Positions 29,127 through 38,340 of a DNA stretch of 54,552 nt are shown here, piece by piece. A program made the translations under genes and the position numbers. The notes under the pieces are model-generated. The model ran no database searches, was not told the origin of the DNA, and worked only from the letters and a program-made list of their open reading frames with translations. Position 1 is the first letter of the stretch. Every line of letters starts with the position of its first letter. The DNA is from an uncultured virus (IMG/VR IMGVR_UViG_3300015610_000939) (lineage: Duplodnaviria; Heunggongvirae; Uroviricota; Caudoviricetes). The DNA lies in the IMG/VR virus record IMGVR_UViG_3300015610_000939. The stretch is one strand, 5' to 3'.

Positions 29127-29526
29127 GGCCTTCACCTTCTCTGAGCTGGCTGCAATCAAGCCTGGGTTCATCTTTGGGGGCCTTGTCCATGTTGATGGAA
29201 CGTGGAAGCTTGGACCCGACTGGAACCTTCTGGAGACCGACTACCACCCTCGCAGGAAGGGCATTCTGGTTCAGTACCTACTTTCCGAGCACAAGGTGAG
29301 GTGGAGACAACGTCTCCGACCCTATGCCAAGGAAGTCAACGGTTCCAGGTTCTACAACCCTCCAATGGAAGAGGTTTCTAAGGCTGCCGGAAACCTTGGG
29401 AACACGATCAAGGTTGGCTTCAACACGACGGCTCCTGTGGGGATGTACCTCGGCCACATTGTTCGCACAGAAGGCACCACGCGAGTAAACGTGCTGATCT
29501 TTGAGGGCTATGATGTGTGGCTATGA
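28990..29526 (+). CDS. hypothetical protein (true start uncertain, probably near 29120)
   Basis: open frame with protein-like 3' part. Confidence 0.4.
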   Translation: MSQIPCTLRSCRVCHGGSTRSFLKREFTWSESMTSSIPTTTDPQVRAFTFSELAAIKPGFIFGGLVHVDGTWKLGPDWNLLETDYHPRRKGILVQYLLSEHKVRWRQRLRPYAKEVNGSRFYNPPMEEVSKAAGNLGNTIKVGFNTTAPVGMYLGHIVRTEGTTRVNVLIFEGYDVWL

Positions 29527-29936
29527 CAGCAGCCTACAAGCCGATGGTCGGAAGGCTCTTTGCCTTCAAAAACATGATCCAAACCAAGGAATTCCCACCT
29601 AACGTCCTGGTTGTCGATGAAAATCACACCAGTGCTGCGTTCTTTGACGAAAATGGTGTAATGGTATGGGTGTCGAAGTTCTTCTTCCGTTCTCAACCTC
29701 TCCCATTTCCACATTTCGATGATGAGACCACTCTCACCGACACAATCGTCCTTATCGGAAAGCTCAACGAGCTCCTAGCGGAAGCCACAAAAGCACCACT
29801 GGATGCCGCAGTTGTCAAGGAAATGCGGACTGCTTCAAACAAAGCAATGGTGAGCCTCCGCAAGCTAGCTACCAAATCAATTTTTTCCTCTGCCACTTGC
29901 CAAGAAGAACCAAAGGACACAGATAAGGCACAATGA
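29523..29936 (+). CDS. hypothetical protein
   Basis: ATGA overlap with upstream ORF. Confidence 0.55.
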   Translation: MTAAYKPMVGRLFAFKNMIQTKEFPPNVLVVDENHTSAAFFDENGVMVWVSKFFFRSQPLPFPHFDDETTLTDTIVLIGKLNELLAEATKAPLDAAVVKEMRTASNKAMVSLRKLATKSIFSSATCQEEPKDTDKAQ

Positions 29937-30415
29937 ACAAGGAAACCAAAGAAAGAATCGAGCGAGTCCAGAACCTCCGCAAGGAGTACGAGAAGACGAT
30001 CCGCAAGGAGTTCGGCGCGGTGCTCAGGGGCTTGACCACTGAACTCTTCGGCGACTTCCCTGAAGTCAAGGGAATTGTCTGGACCCAGTACACGCCGCAC
30101 TTCAATGACGGAGATCCATGTGAGTTCGGCATCAACGAACCCCGTGTAATGTTGGACCAGCAGTTCGCTGATGCTTGCGGTGATAGCGTCTACAACTACG
30201 ATGATGAGAGCTTCGAGTTCACAACCTACAATATCAGAAAAAAGGACGGAAAATCCGACCTAGAACTCAAGCTGCTTGCCATGGAGGAAAAGCTCAATGA
30301 ATTTCAGCGATTCCTCAACGAGTTCTCGATGGTTGTTGAGGAGACCTACGGTGATGGAGTCAAGGTCACCGTGACACCCAACGGGGTGTCTGTTGATGAC
30401 TACTCACACGACTGA
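29933..30415 (+). CDS. conserved hypothetical phage protein
   Basis: WTQYTPHFNDGDPCEF and final DYSHD motifs, which I recall from large-phage proteins. Confidence 0.7.
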   Translation: MNKETKERIERVQNLRKEYEKTIRKEFGAVLRGLTTELFGDFPEVKGIVWTQYTPHFNDGDPCEFGINEPRVMLDQQFADACGDSVYNYDDESFEFTTYNIRKKDGKSDLELKLLAMEEKLNEFQRFLNEFSMVVEETYGDGVKVTVTPNGVSVDDYSHD

Positions 30416-30897
30416 GCAGAAACCAGCTTCTTGTGCCTCGCTTCGAGGTCGGCAATGGACTCTTGAAGCTTGGCAACCTTGGCTGCTGTGAGCTCAAACT
30501 TGAGCTTCTGTCCGCTCTCCAGGTCCTTTTCGCAAAGTGTGATCTGGCGCTGGCGGATCATCGAGCTCTTCACTGCCGCTTCAACGACCTTCTTGTTAAG
30601 CATGTAGGTTACTTGGTTGTCGGCAGGAATCTCGATGAACTTCCGAACCACTGGATGGTTGGCAATAGCACTGTCAACGGCATTCAAGGTGTTTGAGACC
30701 TTCGAAATGACCTTGCCCACAAGATTGTCAATCCTGCGAAAAATAGGAAGCGAGTACCCATTCTTTGGGATATAGCCCGCTGTCCCAAATGTTGGGACAG
30801 CTTTGGGCGATCCGTAGAGCTGGCTCAAATCCATGCTGTTCAGCGTGGAGTACGGGCTTGGTGTTGCTGGTGGAGTTGGTTGATTATTTGTCGTCAT
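30400..30897 (-). CDS. hypothetical protein
   Basis: likely start MTTNNQP. Confidence 0.55.
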   Translation of the reverse strand: MTTNNQPTPPATPSPYSTLNSMDLSQLYGSPKAVPTFGTAGYIPKNGYSLPIFRRIDNLVGKVISKVSNTLNAVDSAIANHPVVRKFIEIPADNQVTYMLNKKVVEAAVKSSMIRQRQITLCEKDLESGQKLKFELTAAKVAKLQESIADLEARHKKLVSAQSCE

Positions 30898-30931
30898 ACC
30901 GTGATGATTAACGGTTATTCCCGACAATGTA

Positions 30932-31243
30932 TCAAACGTTCCGGTAGAGGTCCTCAACAACCTGGATCAATCGACCCTTGATTGCCTTCAGGATGCCAAC
31001 ACGAGCCATCACAAGGTGATTTCTCTCCTGGATAGCGTAGTCGTGCGTTGGGTTGTCCTGGGTCATCTCCTCGCCTTCCTGAGCGAGTTTTTCGACCTTC
31101 TCGATCATCTCTTCGACGAGCTTGTCAACCTTCTCTGCATAGGAACCAACGCCAGAGTCCTTGGATTCAAGGAGAGCCAACTTAGTTGCCTTGGTGAGGG
31201 CTTCCGAGAGCCTCTCTTTGGTGATTGGTTTGCTGTTCTTCAT
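30932..31243 (-). CDS. hypothetical protein, possible prohead core protein
   Basis: KPITKERLSEAL N-terminal motif; coiled coil. Confidence 0.6.
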   Translation of the reverse strand: MKNSKPITKERLSEALTKATKLALLESKDSGVGSYAEKVDKLVEEMIEKVEKLAQEGEEMTQDNPTHDYAIQERNHLVMARVGILKAIKGRLIQVVEDLYRNV

Positions 31244-31947
31244 GGCTTTCCTCTTTTGCCTTCAGGCATGAACTTTGGTTCGCTTGAGGCGTACTCCTCC
31301 TCAAACATGTCAACGAGTTTGGCTGCAACCATCATACGAGTTGGCAGGTTGAAGATGGTATCAATCCTATCTCCTGGACGGCCCATCTCACGGACGTACT
31401 TCTTGGCTGCCTCGTCCACAAGGTAAAGCCAAAGCTTTGCAGAAGCACTGGGAATGTAGGTTCCCTTCTTCAGCTTTCTTTGGAGGTTCTTGATGAACTC
31501 AGGTCGGCGGCGGTTCCAAATTTCTGCATCATTCTCCATGTAGAGAAGCAACTCAAGAGCAGCTTCCGTATCCGCTGGAGGTGGAGTCCTTGGCTTCCTT
31601 GACTTCTTTCCAAGAATAGACTTTTGGTCATCCCCGCCAAGTTCGTCGGCTGGGGTCTTGGTAAGCTCAGGAGAGCCATCTGCCTCGCCAATTGGTGCCA
31701 TTGCTCCTGGAACACCACCTCCCATAGCCTCAGCTTGTGGAGCTGTACCCTTTCCAAGCACCGAACCAGCGGCGGTGACCTTTCCCTCTCTCACGACAAG
31801 AGCAGCCTTCTTGCTTTCTGCAAGAGAAGCAAATTTCTTCTGGACGTACTCCTTCACGATTGCACGGAGTTCATCCTTGTCAACCGAAATGGTTTCGGAA
31901 ATGGACTTTCCGAGAGTTGACCCTGCGGCGGTTTGGACTCTGCTCAT
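31240..31947 (-). CDS. hypothetical protein, possible prohead core protein
   Basis: internal repeat TAAGS(T/V)LGK; DELRAIVKEYV motif. Confidence 0.65.
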   Translation of the reverse strand: MSRVQTAAGSTLGKSISETISVDKDELRAIVKEYVQKKFASLAESKKAALVVREGKVTAAGSVLGKGTAPQAEAMGGGVPGAMAPIGEADGSPELTKTPADELGGDDQKSILGKKSRKPRTPPPADTEAALELLLYMENDAEIWNRRRPEFIKNLQRKLKKGTYIPSASAKLWLYLVDEAAKKYVREMGRPGDRIDTIFNLPTRMMVAAKLVDMFEEEYASSEPKFMPEGKRGKP

Positions 31948-31948
31948 T

Positions 31949-32269
31949 TCACTTACCCTTTCCGTCTTCACGGCGTGGAAAGGAAACAAGCTGCTTGGCT
32001 GCACCGAGGACTGCGGCTCGAATTCCGTCCTTCATTGTCTGAACGATCTGGAAATACTTGTGCTGTACATCCGGCTGCATGTTGTCCGGGTTCTCCAATG
32101 CAAGAGCATCGAGGATGTTCTTCTCGAATTCCATGGAAGTCGAGGAAGCCATGTGCTCGATTTGGCGCATTGCAGAGAAGTGGTTGGATTCCATCAACTT
32201 GGTGACTTCACTCTTGACTGCTTTTGCGATTGCCTCTTCCAGGGAGGTTTTTGAGATTTTTGCTGTCAT
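31949..32269 (-). CDS. hypothetical protein, possible prohead core protein
   Basis: MTAKISKTSLEEAIAKAV; TATTTA upstream. Confidence 0.65.
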   Translation of the reverse strand: MTAKISKTSLEEAIAKAVKSEVTKLMESNHFSAMRQIEHMASSTSMEFEKNILDALALENPDNMQPDVQHKYFQIVQTMKDGIRAAVLGAAKQLVSFPRREDGKGK

Positions 32270-32298
32270 ATCAACACCCGCTACTCTCGCTAAATAGA

Positions 32299-33093
32299 CT
32301 ACTTTTTCGGAGATTCAGCCTTTAGGAACAACCAAAGACGCTGAGCCACAGATTGAAGCACCGAATCATTGGTGTCGTACAAAGCTTTCACCAAGCCCAA
32401 AGCGTGGTCGGGATTCTGGAAGAGAGTTTGAATCTGACCCTTGAGTGATTTCAAGATCAAAGCCGGATCTTGAGTTTGATTCAAGAGTTCCTGCGCTCCA
32501 TCGACCATTCCCTGAATTGGATCGCCTGTTGGGGCTTCCGGCCCGGTATCGCCCTCAGTGCCACTGTCCTCTGGGCCACCAGCTTCGTCGGCTCCACCGC
32601 CCCCTCCACCGCCTCCACCGCCGCCAAAGCCACCAAAGCCACTGCCACCACCGGCCCCACCACCAAGAGGATCTTCTCCCCCTTCTGGTGTGGCATTTGG
32701 ATCGGCAGGATCACCCCCAGGCATTCCGCCAGGAGCCCCAGGAGCTCCCCCAGGGGCCATTGGGTCCATTCCCGTAGCAGGAGCCGTAGGATCGCCTACT
32801 GCCGGTGCTGCTGCTGTTCCCGCCGCTGTAGGAGCTGCTCCTGGAACTGGTGGAGCGGTTGGATCAACTGGGGCAGGTGGCGCTGCTGCTGGCGGTGGTG
32901 GTGGTTGATCAGCTTCAAGGTTCAATTGAGGCTGCTTGATGTGCAAGGTGTCAACCTCGGCAAATTGCTTCCTGAATTGAGCGCGTCTTTTGTTGGAAAG
33001 AGCCAGCGCCTTATCAACTTCGTCGGAGACAAGGTTCTCGATCAGGGATTGAAGTGTGCGGTTTGCCATGCGGTTAAGTATGCTACCTGCCAT
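32299..33093 (-). CDS. Pro/Gly-rich hypothetical protein
   Basis: 264 aa with low-complexity centre and helical termini. Confidence 0.65.
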   Translation of the reverse strand: MAGSILNRMANRTLQSLIENLVSDEVDKALALSNKRRAQFRKQFAEVDTLHIKQPQLNLEADQPPPPPAAAPPAPVDPTAPPVPGAAPTAAGTAAAPAVGDPTAPATGMDPMAPGGAPGAPGGMPGGDPADPNATPEGGEDPLGGGAGGGSGFGGFGGGGGGGGGGGADEAGGPEDSGTEGDTGPEAPTGDPIQGMVDGAQELLNQTQDPALILKSLKGQIQTLFQNPDHALGLVKALYDTNDSVLQSVAQRLWLFLKAESPKK

Positions 33094-33739
33094 ACCAGGA
33101 GTGTAGGAACGCAGTTATCTGCTTGTACCTTGGCATTTCCAAGAAAGACTCGTCTTTCAGGTCTTTCTCGATCCAGGACTTGAAGGGCCAAGCGAAGTAG
33201 TAACTTGGACCAGAGAGTTGATCAATAGTCTGCTTGTAAGTTTCGGCCGAATCCCTGCCGTGGAACTTGTCGAAGACGATAAAAGTTCGGTAGCCATTGA
33301 GCTCAGCCTTGTATCTCCAGTAGGCTGGCAAAGGAGCCATGAGCAAGAGACAAAGGAGCCACCAAAGCCAAGAAGGCGACCAAATGCCAAAAACCGCAAG
33401 GAGACTCAAGGCGGCAAGCACCTGGGGGAAGAGATAACCTACCTTGAACCAAATGCCCTGCTCCTTCTCGTCCAGGATGTGCTGTACCTCGTGGGCTACA
33501 ACCTCAAGGAAGTGTTCCTCAGAGAGAATCTTGGCGACTTCGGTTGGCATCCAAATAGTTGAGCCAATGGTTGTGGTGTACAGCGTGTTGAAGGTCGGAT
33601 TGAACGGCTTGACAATGAAGCCAATAACCTTCATGAGCTTGGAGTCCTCCTTGGCGAGAAGTTGAATTGTTGGATCTTGTTTCCTTACTTCTTCAAGGTA
33701 GGCTGTTACGACAAGAGGGATTGGAAGTGGTGTTGACAT
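33083..33739 (-). CDS. membrane protein with HExxH motif (putative metallopeptidase)
   Basis: YTTTIG..IW.P, VVAHEVQH, TM hairpin, R...EL.GY; AGGAG RBS. Confidence 0.6.
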   Translation of the reverse strand: MSTPLPIPLVVTAYLEEVRKQDPTIQLLAKEDSKLMKVIGFIVKPFNPTFNTLYTTTIGSTIWMPTEVAKILSEEHFLEVVAHEVQHILDEKEQGIWFKVGYLFPQVLAALSLLAVFGIWSPSWLWWLLCLLLMAPLPAYWRYKAELNGYRTFIVFDKFHGRDSAETYKQTIDQLSGPSYYFAWPFKSWIEKDLKDESFLEMPRYKQITAFLHSWYGR

Positions 33740-33769
33740 TCGGTTCTCCTAGCATAACTAATTTCGAAA

Positions 33770-34168
33770 ATGGTCAAGCATCCAGAGAAACCAAAGAAAG
33801 GAAGCTTTCCCCTAACCCCCGGTTGTCAGGTTATCGTCACCGGGACAAAGGTGGATTCTACCCTCGCTGCGAAACTCCGAGAAGCAACGGGACAGAACTT
33901 CTTCATTGGTGAGTGGTGTTCCCCATCGGGTGAAATTGGCTACCTCGATGCTGTCATCTCCAACATCCCGTCAGAAGAGCTCACCAGGAAGCTACAGGAG
34001 CTCGCACAGTCATTCCCAACCTTGGATATGGCAGTTAGCTTCATGTCCAATCCTCCGGGCACTCCAGGGCATCCTGTGGTCTCCTTTGCCATCAAACAAG
34101 GCAAAGCGAAGCGAGACCCAAATGCCCATCTTGGGCATGGTCCACCACGGAGAGTATCGAAAGGCTAG
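33770..34168 (+). CDS. hypothetical protein
   Basis: 132 aa ORF. Confidence 0.5.
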   Translation: MVKHPEKPKKGSFPLTPGCQVIVTGTKVDSTLAAKLREATGQNFFIGEWCSPSGEIGYLDAVISNIPSEELTRKLQELAQSFPTLDMAVSFMSNPPGTPGHPVVSFAIKQGKAKRDPNAHLGHGPPRRVSKG

Positions 34169-34401
34169 TGACTGTCACAAAAGTCACAGCAGTCCGTGCA
34201 ACGAGGAGTCTCCCTGTTGCAGAGCTCTCGATACTGCCTGCAATCAGCCACGGACGAGAACTCGACAGTCCTGAATGACTGCATTCCAGCATCACCCTGA
34301 ACTGTCTCGTACAGACAAGCTGGGGTTTCAACAGGTTGAACTACTGCTGTGCAAGAAAGCAGTGATAGGGCGCTGAGAAGTAGGAAAAGTGCTTTTCTCA
34401 T
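34165..34401 (-). CDS. small Cys-rich lipoprotein
   Basis: MRKALFLLLSALSLLSC lipobox; 7 further Cys. Confidence 0.55.
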   Translation of the reverse strand: MRKALFLLLSALSLLSCTAVVQPVETPACLYETVQGDAGMQSFRTVEFSSVADCRQYRELCNRETPRCTDCCDFCDSH

Positions 34402-34414
34402 ACGCCCAAGTAGG

Positions 34415-34912
34415 CTACTTGCGTCGATCCAGGATGCTGATGCCAGAAAGGTGGTCAACCTCGTGCTGAAAGATTCGTGCTGGGAGGCTGTCCAGTGCCA
34501 CGAACACTTGCTCTGGCTTGCCACCAACGAACTCCCAGTGAGCAGCAGTGACCGAGTCAAAGCGCTCGATCTTCAAGGCTCTGTTTGGAACAGAGAGGCA
34601 TCCTTCAACATCCTTGACTTTCTCGGCACCGAAGGAAGGTTTCCAGGATGGATTGATGTACGCCCTGTAGATCCCCTCTCGGTGGAGAACCTTGGTGACG
34701 ATCAACCGCTTGAAGATCCCAACCTGCGGAGCTGCAAGGCCAACACCCTTGTCCTGCATACAGGTTTGAACCATCCTCCAGAGAACCTCTACCATCTCTG
34801 GAGTCACCCCACCACTGAGGTCCACCGGAGTGGACTTCATTCGAATGAGGTCTGCCTTCAAGACCTTGAAGGGTTTTGTGCCTGCGGGCATTTTCGTGAT
34901 ATCGAGGTCCAT
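34415..34912 (-). CDS. def: peptide deformylase
   Basis: GVGLAAPQVG, EGCLS and QHEVDHL motifs. Confidence 0.95.
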   Translation of the reverse strand: MDLDITKMPAGTKPFKVLKADLIRMKSTPVDLSGGVTPEMVEVLWRMVQTCMQDKGVGLAAPQVGIFKRLIVTKVLHREGIYRAYINPSWKPSFGAEKVKDVEGCLSVPNRALKIERFDSVTAAHWEFVGGKPEQVFVALDSLPARIFQHEVDHLSGISILDRRK

Positions 34913-34921
34913 GAGACCCTT

Positions 34922-35218
34922 CTAGTCAGCTTGCTTCAAGAGGTCAAGTGGGAGCTGTTCAAGAGTCCTTCCTACAAGGTCCATCAAGGAGCTGAACTCG
35001 TTCTTGAACTTTGTCACTTCCTCCCTGGTCACACGCTGGAGGTCAGCTTGATCTTGAACTTCCTCGATCCTGGAGAGAACTCCATCTTCCACATCTCGGA
35101 AGAGCTTTTCCGCCCACAGGGTATGTCTCTTTGTTTCTCCAACCCTTGCAACCTCTGCCTGGACAACAGAGTGGATGAATGCCTTGAGGTGAGGATGCAG
35201 CCTTCTTTTTTGCTTCAT
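34922..35218 (-). CDS. hypothetical protein
   Basis: 98 aa; TAGTTA 5 nt upstream. Confidence 0.6.
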   Translation of the reverse strand: MKQKRRLHPHLKAFIHSVVQAEVARVGETKRHTLWAEKLFRDVEDGVLSRIEEVQDQADLQRVTREEVTKFKNEFSSLMDLVGRTLEQLPLDLLKQAD

Positions 35219-35237
35219 GCGGCTAACTATCGGCGGC

Positions 35238-35774
35238 TCATTTTTTCGGAGAGCCTTCCTTTCTCTTCATCATTTCAAGGAAAACGTCCTTTGGGGATTT
35301 CTCTGGCAACTCCTCGCGCTCCAACTTTTTCTTCTCAAGGAAGTCTTTCGCAATGGACCAGCACCGCCTCCCAAGGGTCTCCTCGTAGGACTCGGTCGGT
35401 TCACCATCGAGTGGTTCGATCCACTCGTCCCTGAGCCAATGTGGAGCCCATTCCTCATTCCTGTTAGTTGATACCAAGGCACGGACGTATGTTCCTTGAA
35501 TTGACTTGAGTCTTGGATGGCAAACAGTAATCACTGAGCAAGGAAAGACCAGCATCCTCTCGGTTTTGTACGGGTAAAACCCCTTTTCCCAAGGTGCTGT
35601 CTTCGCGAGCTGTTCTTTGTACTCCTTCATACCCACGAACTCTGAGTGAGCAGCGATCTTGTGGTCGGCGTCAGCATAAGGTGTGCGCGGGCACGACTTG
35701 TATGCAAACCCAAGGTACTCCCTCTTGTATTGGTACAGCTTTCCTAGTTCAATAGCCATAATTCCCTCTATCAC
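35238..35774 (-). CDS. hypothetical protein
   Basis: 178 aa ORF. Confidence 0.55.
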   Translation of the reverse strand: MIEGIMAIELGKLYQYKREYLGFAYKSCPRTPYADADHKIAAHSEFVGMKEYKEQLAKTAPWEKGFYPYKTERMLVFPCSVITVCHPRLKSIQGTYVRALVSTNRNEEWAPHWLRDEWIEPLDGEPTESYEETLGRRCWSIAKDFLEKKKLEREELPEKSPKDVFLEMMKRKEGSPKK

Positions 35775-35900
35775 GCTCGGAGCGCCAATTTAACCGTTCA
35801 TCTTGATAGTCCTTCTCACAGTGGAGGATAACCAAGAAGAGAGAAGAGGGGGGCCTCTCTTAGAGAGTATAGTAGTATACTCCAGGATAGGAAGAGGTAA

Positions 35901-36368
35901 ATGAGATACACCGTAGGAGTCACAGGTCACCGCACACTCAAGGGCAAAGAAGAGAAGGTGAGGGAGAAGTTCAAGGAGCTTCTCCTTCCCATCCTCGAAG
36001 CCCACAAGGAGGAAGGGGTTGAGGTCAACACGGGAATGGCCCTGGGGTTCGACCAGCTTGTCTGTAGAGCCTGTGTGGAGCTCGGAGTTCCCTACGTGGC
36101 CGCCGTCCCGTGTGAGGCTCAGGATGCCCTCTGGACGCCCGTACAGAAGGAGCTCTACTCCATGTTGATAGAAGGGGCCGACCGAGTGGTGCTTGTCACT
36201 CCTGGGCCTTACGAAGCCTGGAAGATGCACGCAAGAAATGCCTGGATCGTCAAGAACTCCAAAGAGATGATCGTCCATTGGGATGGCGTCTACAGTGGAG
36301 GTACAGGCCAGTGCATGAAGTTGGTGAAGGCCAAGAAGCTGCCCTATCAGAACACGGTGATCCTGTAG
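35901..36368 (+). CDS. SLOG-superfamily YspA/DUF1273-like protein
   Basis: GVTGHR, GMALGFDQ, Q...W...Q...Y, RNAWIVKNS, WDG..SGGT. Confidence 0.85.
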   Translation: MRYTVGVTGHRTLKGKEEKVREKFKELLLPILEAHKEEGVEVNTGMALGFDQLVCRACVELGVPYVAAVPCEAQDALWTPVQKELYSMLIEGADRVVLVTPGPYEAWKMHARNAWIVKNSKEMIVHWDGVYSGGTGQCMKLVKAKKLPYQNTVIL

Positions 36369-36369
36369 G

Positions 36370-36681
36370 TCACTTGTACTTCAGGGCAGACTTCCCAGTA
36401 ATGGCTTGCAGGAATTCATCCTTTTTGATGAATCCTGGAATCCCGCTGTCATCGTTCTTGTTCATGGCAATGACCCGGACGTAGCAGATTCCGAAAAGAG
36501 TTACCTCTCCCACAAGGAAGAGGTTGAACCTGTTGGGCTCAAGGAATTTGATGTATTTCCAATTCTTGGTTTTCTGCCTGCTGACGATACTGGAGAACAT
36601 TTCCAGTTCATTCCGGCGTCCATCCAAGAAATACAAGCCCCCCGGCTCAAGCACGACAGTTCTTTTAGGGAGTCTGCCCAT
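36370..36681 (-). CDS. hypothetical protein
   Basis: 103 aa, AGGAG RBS. Confidence 0.55.
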   Translation of the reverse strand: MGRLPKRTVVLEPGGLYFLDGRRNELEMFSSIVSRQKTKNWKYIKFLEPNRFNLFLVGEVTLFGICYVRVIAMNKNDDSGIPGFIKKDEFLQAITGKSALKYK

Positions 36682-36690
36682 ACTCCTAAA

Positions 36691-38016
36691 TTAGACCGTC
36701 TTCGCTACGTTGTCGACCTTGAGTTGAACGATAAGGTCGCCTGGACGAGCAGCATTCACGGTTCCTGTCGGGGTGATGATCCAAAGGACCTTCGAGCCTC
36801 GAATGGAGCCCATCTCTTCTGCATATCCGTCTGTGAGGATCACAACCCCGGACCACTTTCCACGGTTCTTGTCGGAGTTCACGAAGTCAGCAACCGCATT
36901 GAAGCTGGTTCCACCACACCGAGTACGGCCCCAGGGGAACTTCTTCCCACGGCTCCAAATCTTGTGAGAATCCTCATCAATCTCCGTGTCGAAGTTGTAC
37001 ACGTCGATCGTGGTCTCCTTGCTGGCACCTTCAACCTCTGCGAAGGCAAGCGCCACGTCCTCATCCGACATCGAACCGGATTGGTCGATGAAAAATGCAA
37101 ACCTTGCAGTTCGTCCTCTCTTCACCCCAGGAACGATCCCAGGGAGCTTCCTGCTGACTCGCTTGACGGAGGAGATTCGCTCCATGGAACGGACACTCCC
37201 GAAGAAGTGACGGATAACCGATCGCCAGTCAACGATGGTCTCCAAACCACGGCAAATTTCCTCTCGGATGCTCTGAGGAACGTTTCCCCAGCTATTCTTC
37301 ATCTGTGCACGCTGCACAGCATCCCGGACAATGCTGCGAACCTTGTCCCTGAGCTCATCCTTGAGGTGGTCAGGGATTTCCCCCCAACCGCCGTGGTCAT
37401 CAAGCGAATCAAGGTCGAATCCATCGCCCTCGCCGTCACCGTCTTGCTCTTCCAGAATTTCCTTCATCTTCTCGAAGTACCACTCCGAGGCTTGCATGCC
37501 TGGAGCGGTCTTGATGAACTCCTTGAGCTTCTCGTTCTTGCTCTTTGGCTCACGACCTGGGAGCAAAGTCCACTCAGGGAGCTTGCTCTTGGAGTCCGAC
37601 GTGATGATTGAGTTGATCGCCAAATCCGTCCCAACATTCCAGAGACGGGCAAATGACCTGTCCGTGATGTTGCGCTCGAACAGGTGCATCAATGCAAGGT
37701 GGTAGAGCTCGTGGACGATAACGCCCCTCCGCTCCTGTGCGGTCATTGACCTGAAAAAGTACGGGTTGTACTGCAAGGTCAGGTGACCGCGCTCACCCAC
37801 AAATCCCACGCATGCGGTGGGAATTTCAGGGTTTGGCTTCTTGGTCAAGGAAATCGAGATTCCCCCAAGGAACGGTTCATCCATGAAGAGCTTGAGGAAG
37901 TCATCCTCGAACTCGGTCGCAGAGAACTTCTCCCCTTCATAGTGCGCTTGGCCCCAGAACTTATCATCCTTTGGGGTTTCGTTGTGCTCAGTCGTGGTAC
38001 CTTTGGTTTGTGCCAT
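36691..38016 (-). CDS. DUF2201-type metallopeptidase + VWA-like domain protein
   Basis: HELYH...H and WNVGTDLAIN in the N-domain; MIDAS DQSGSM, GGTSF and ILTDGY in the C-domain. Confidence 0.88.
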   Translation of the reverse strand: MAQTKGTTTEHNETPKDDKFWGQAHYEGEKFSATEFEDDFLKLFMDEPFLGGISISLTKKPNPEIPTACVGFVGERGHLTLQYNPYFFRSMTAQERRGVIVHELYHLALMHLFERNITDRSFARLWNVGTDLAINSIITSDSKSKLPEWTLLPGREPKSKNEKLKEFIKTAPGMQASEWYFEKMKEILEEQDGDGEGDGFDLDSLDDHGGWGEIPDHLKDELRDKVRSIVRDAVQRAQMKNSWGNVPQSIREEICRGLETIVDWRSVIRHFFGSVRSMERISSVKRVSRKLPGIVPGVKRGRTARFAFFIDQSGSMSDEDVALAFAEVEGASKETTIDVYNFDTEIDEDSHKIWSRGKKFPWGRTRCGGTSFNAVADFVNSDKNRGKWSGVVILTDGYAEEMGSIRGSKVLWIITPTGTVNAARPGDLIVQLKVDNVAKTV

Positions 38017-38340
38017 TTTTCTTGCCTTCTTCCTTAACATGTCACAACCGACAACGGTTTGACTTGGCCCGAAGAGAGTAAGGTGCTTTCAGTCATAGTC
38101 AACCTCAAAAAAAATTGCCCCACCCGTTGACGCCTCCCCCTCCCTGGTTATGGTGTTGTCACCGCTCGGCCAGGAAGGTTCCTGGAGCTAGAACCGGAAG
38201 CCAAAAATCCTGCAAAACAGGGTGATCCGGTGGTTTGAGTCCACCCCATAGCAGCTAAACGTACAAACGGGGGTTGCCAATCAGGGTAACCCATCTTACA
38301 AAGGTCCTCGACTCAACAAGCACGCAAAGGAAAACAAAGA

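Noticed and set aside
38195..38250. tRNA-Cys in the AAA ATPase leader
   Set aside because: A T-arm-like hairpin and TGCAAAA are present, but there is no acceptor stem or valid anticodon loop.
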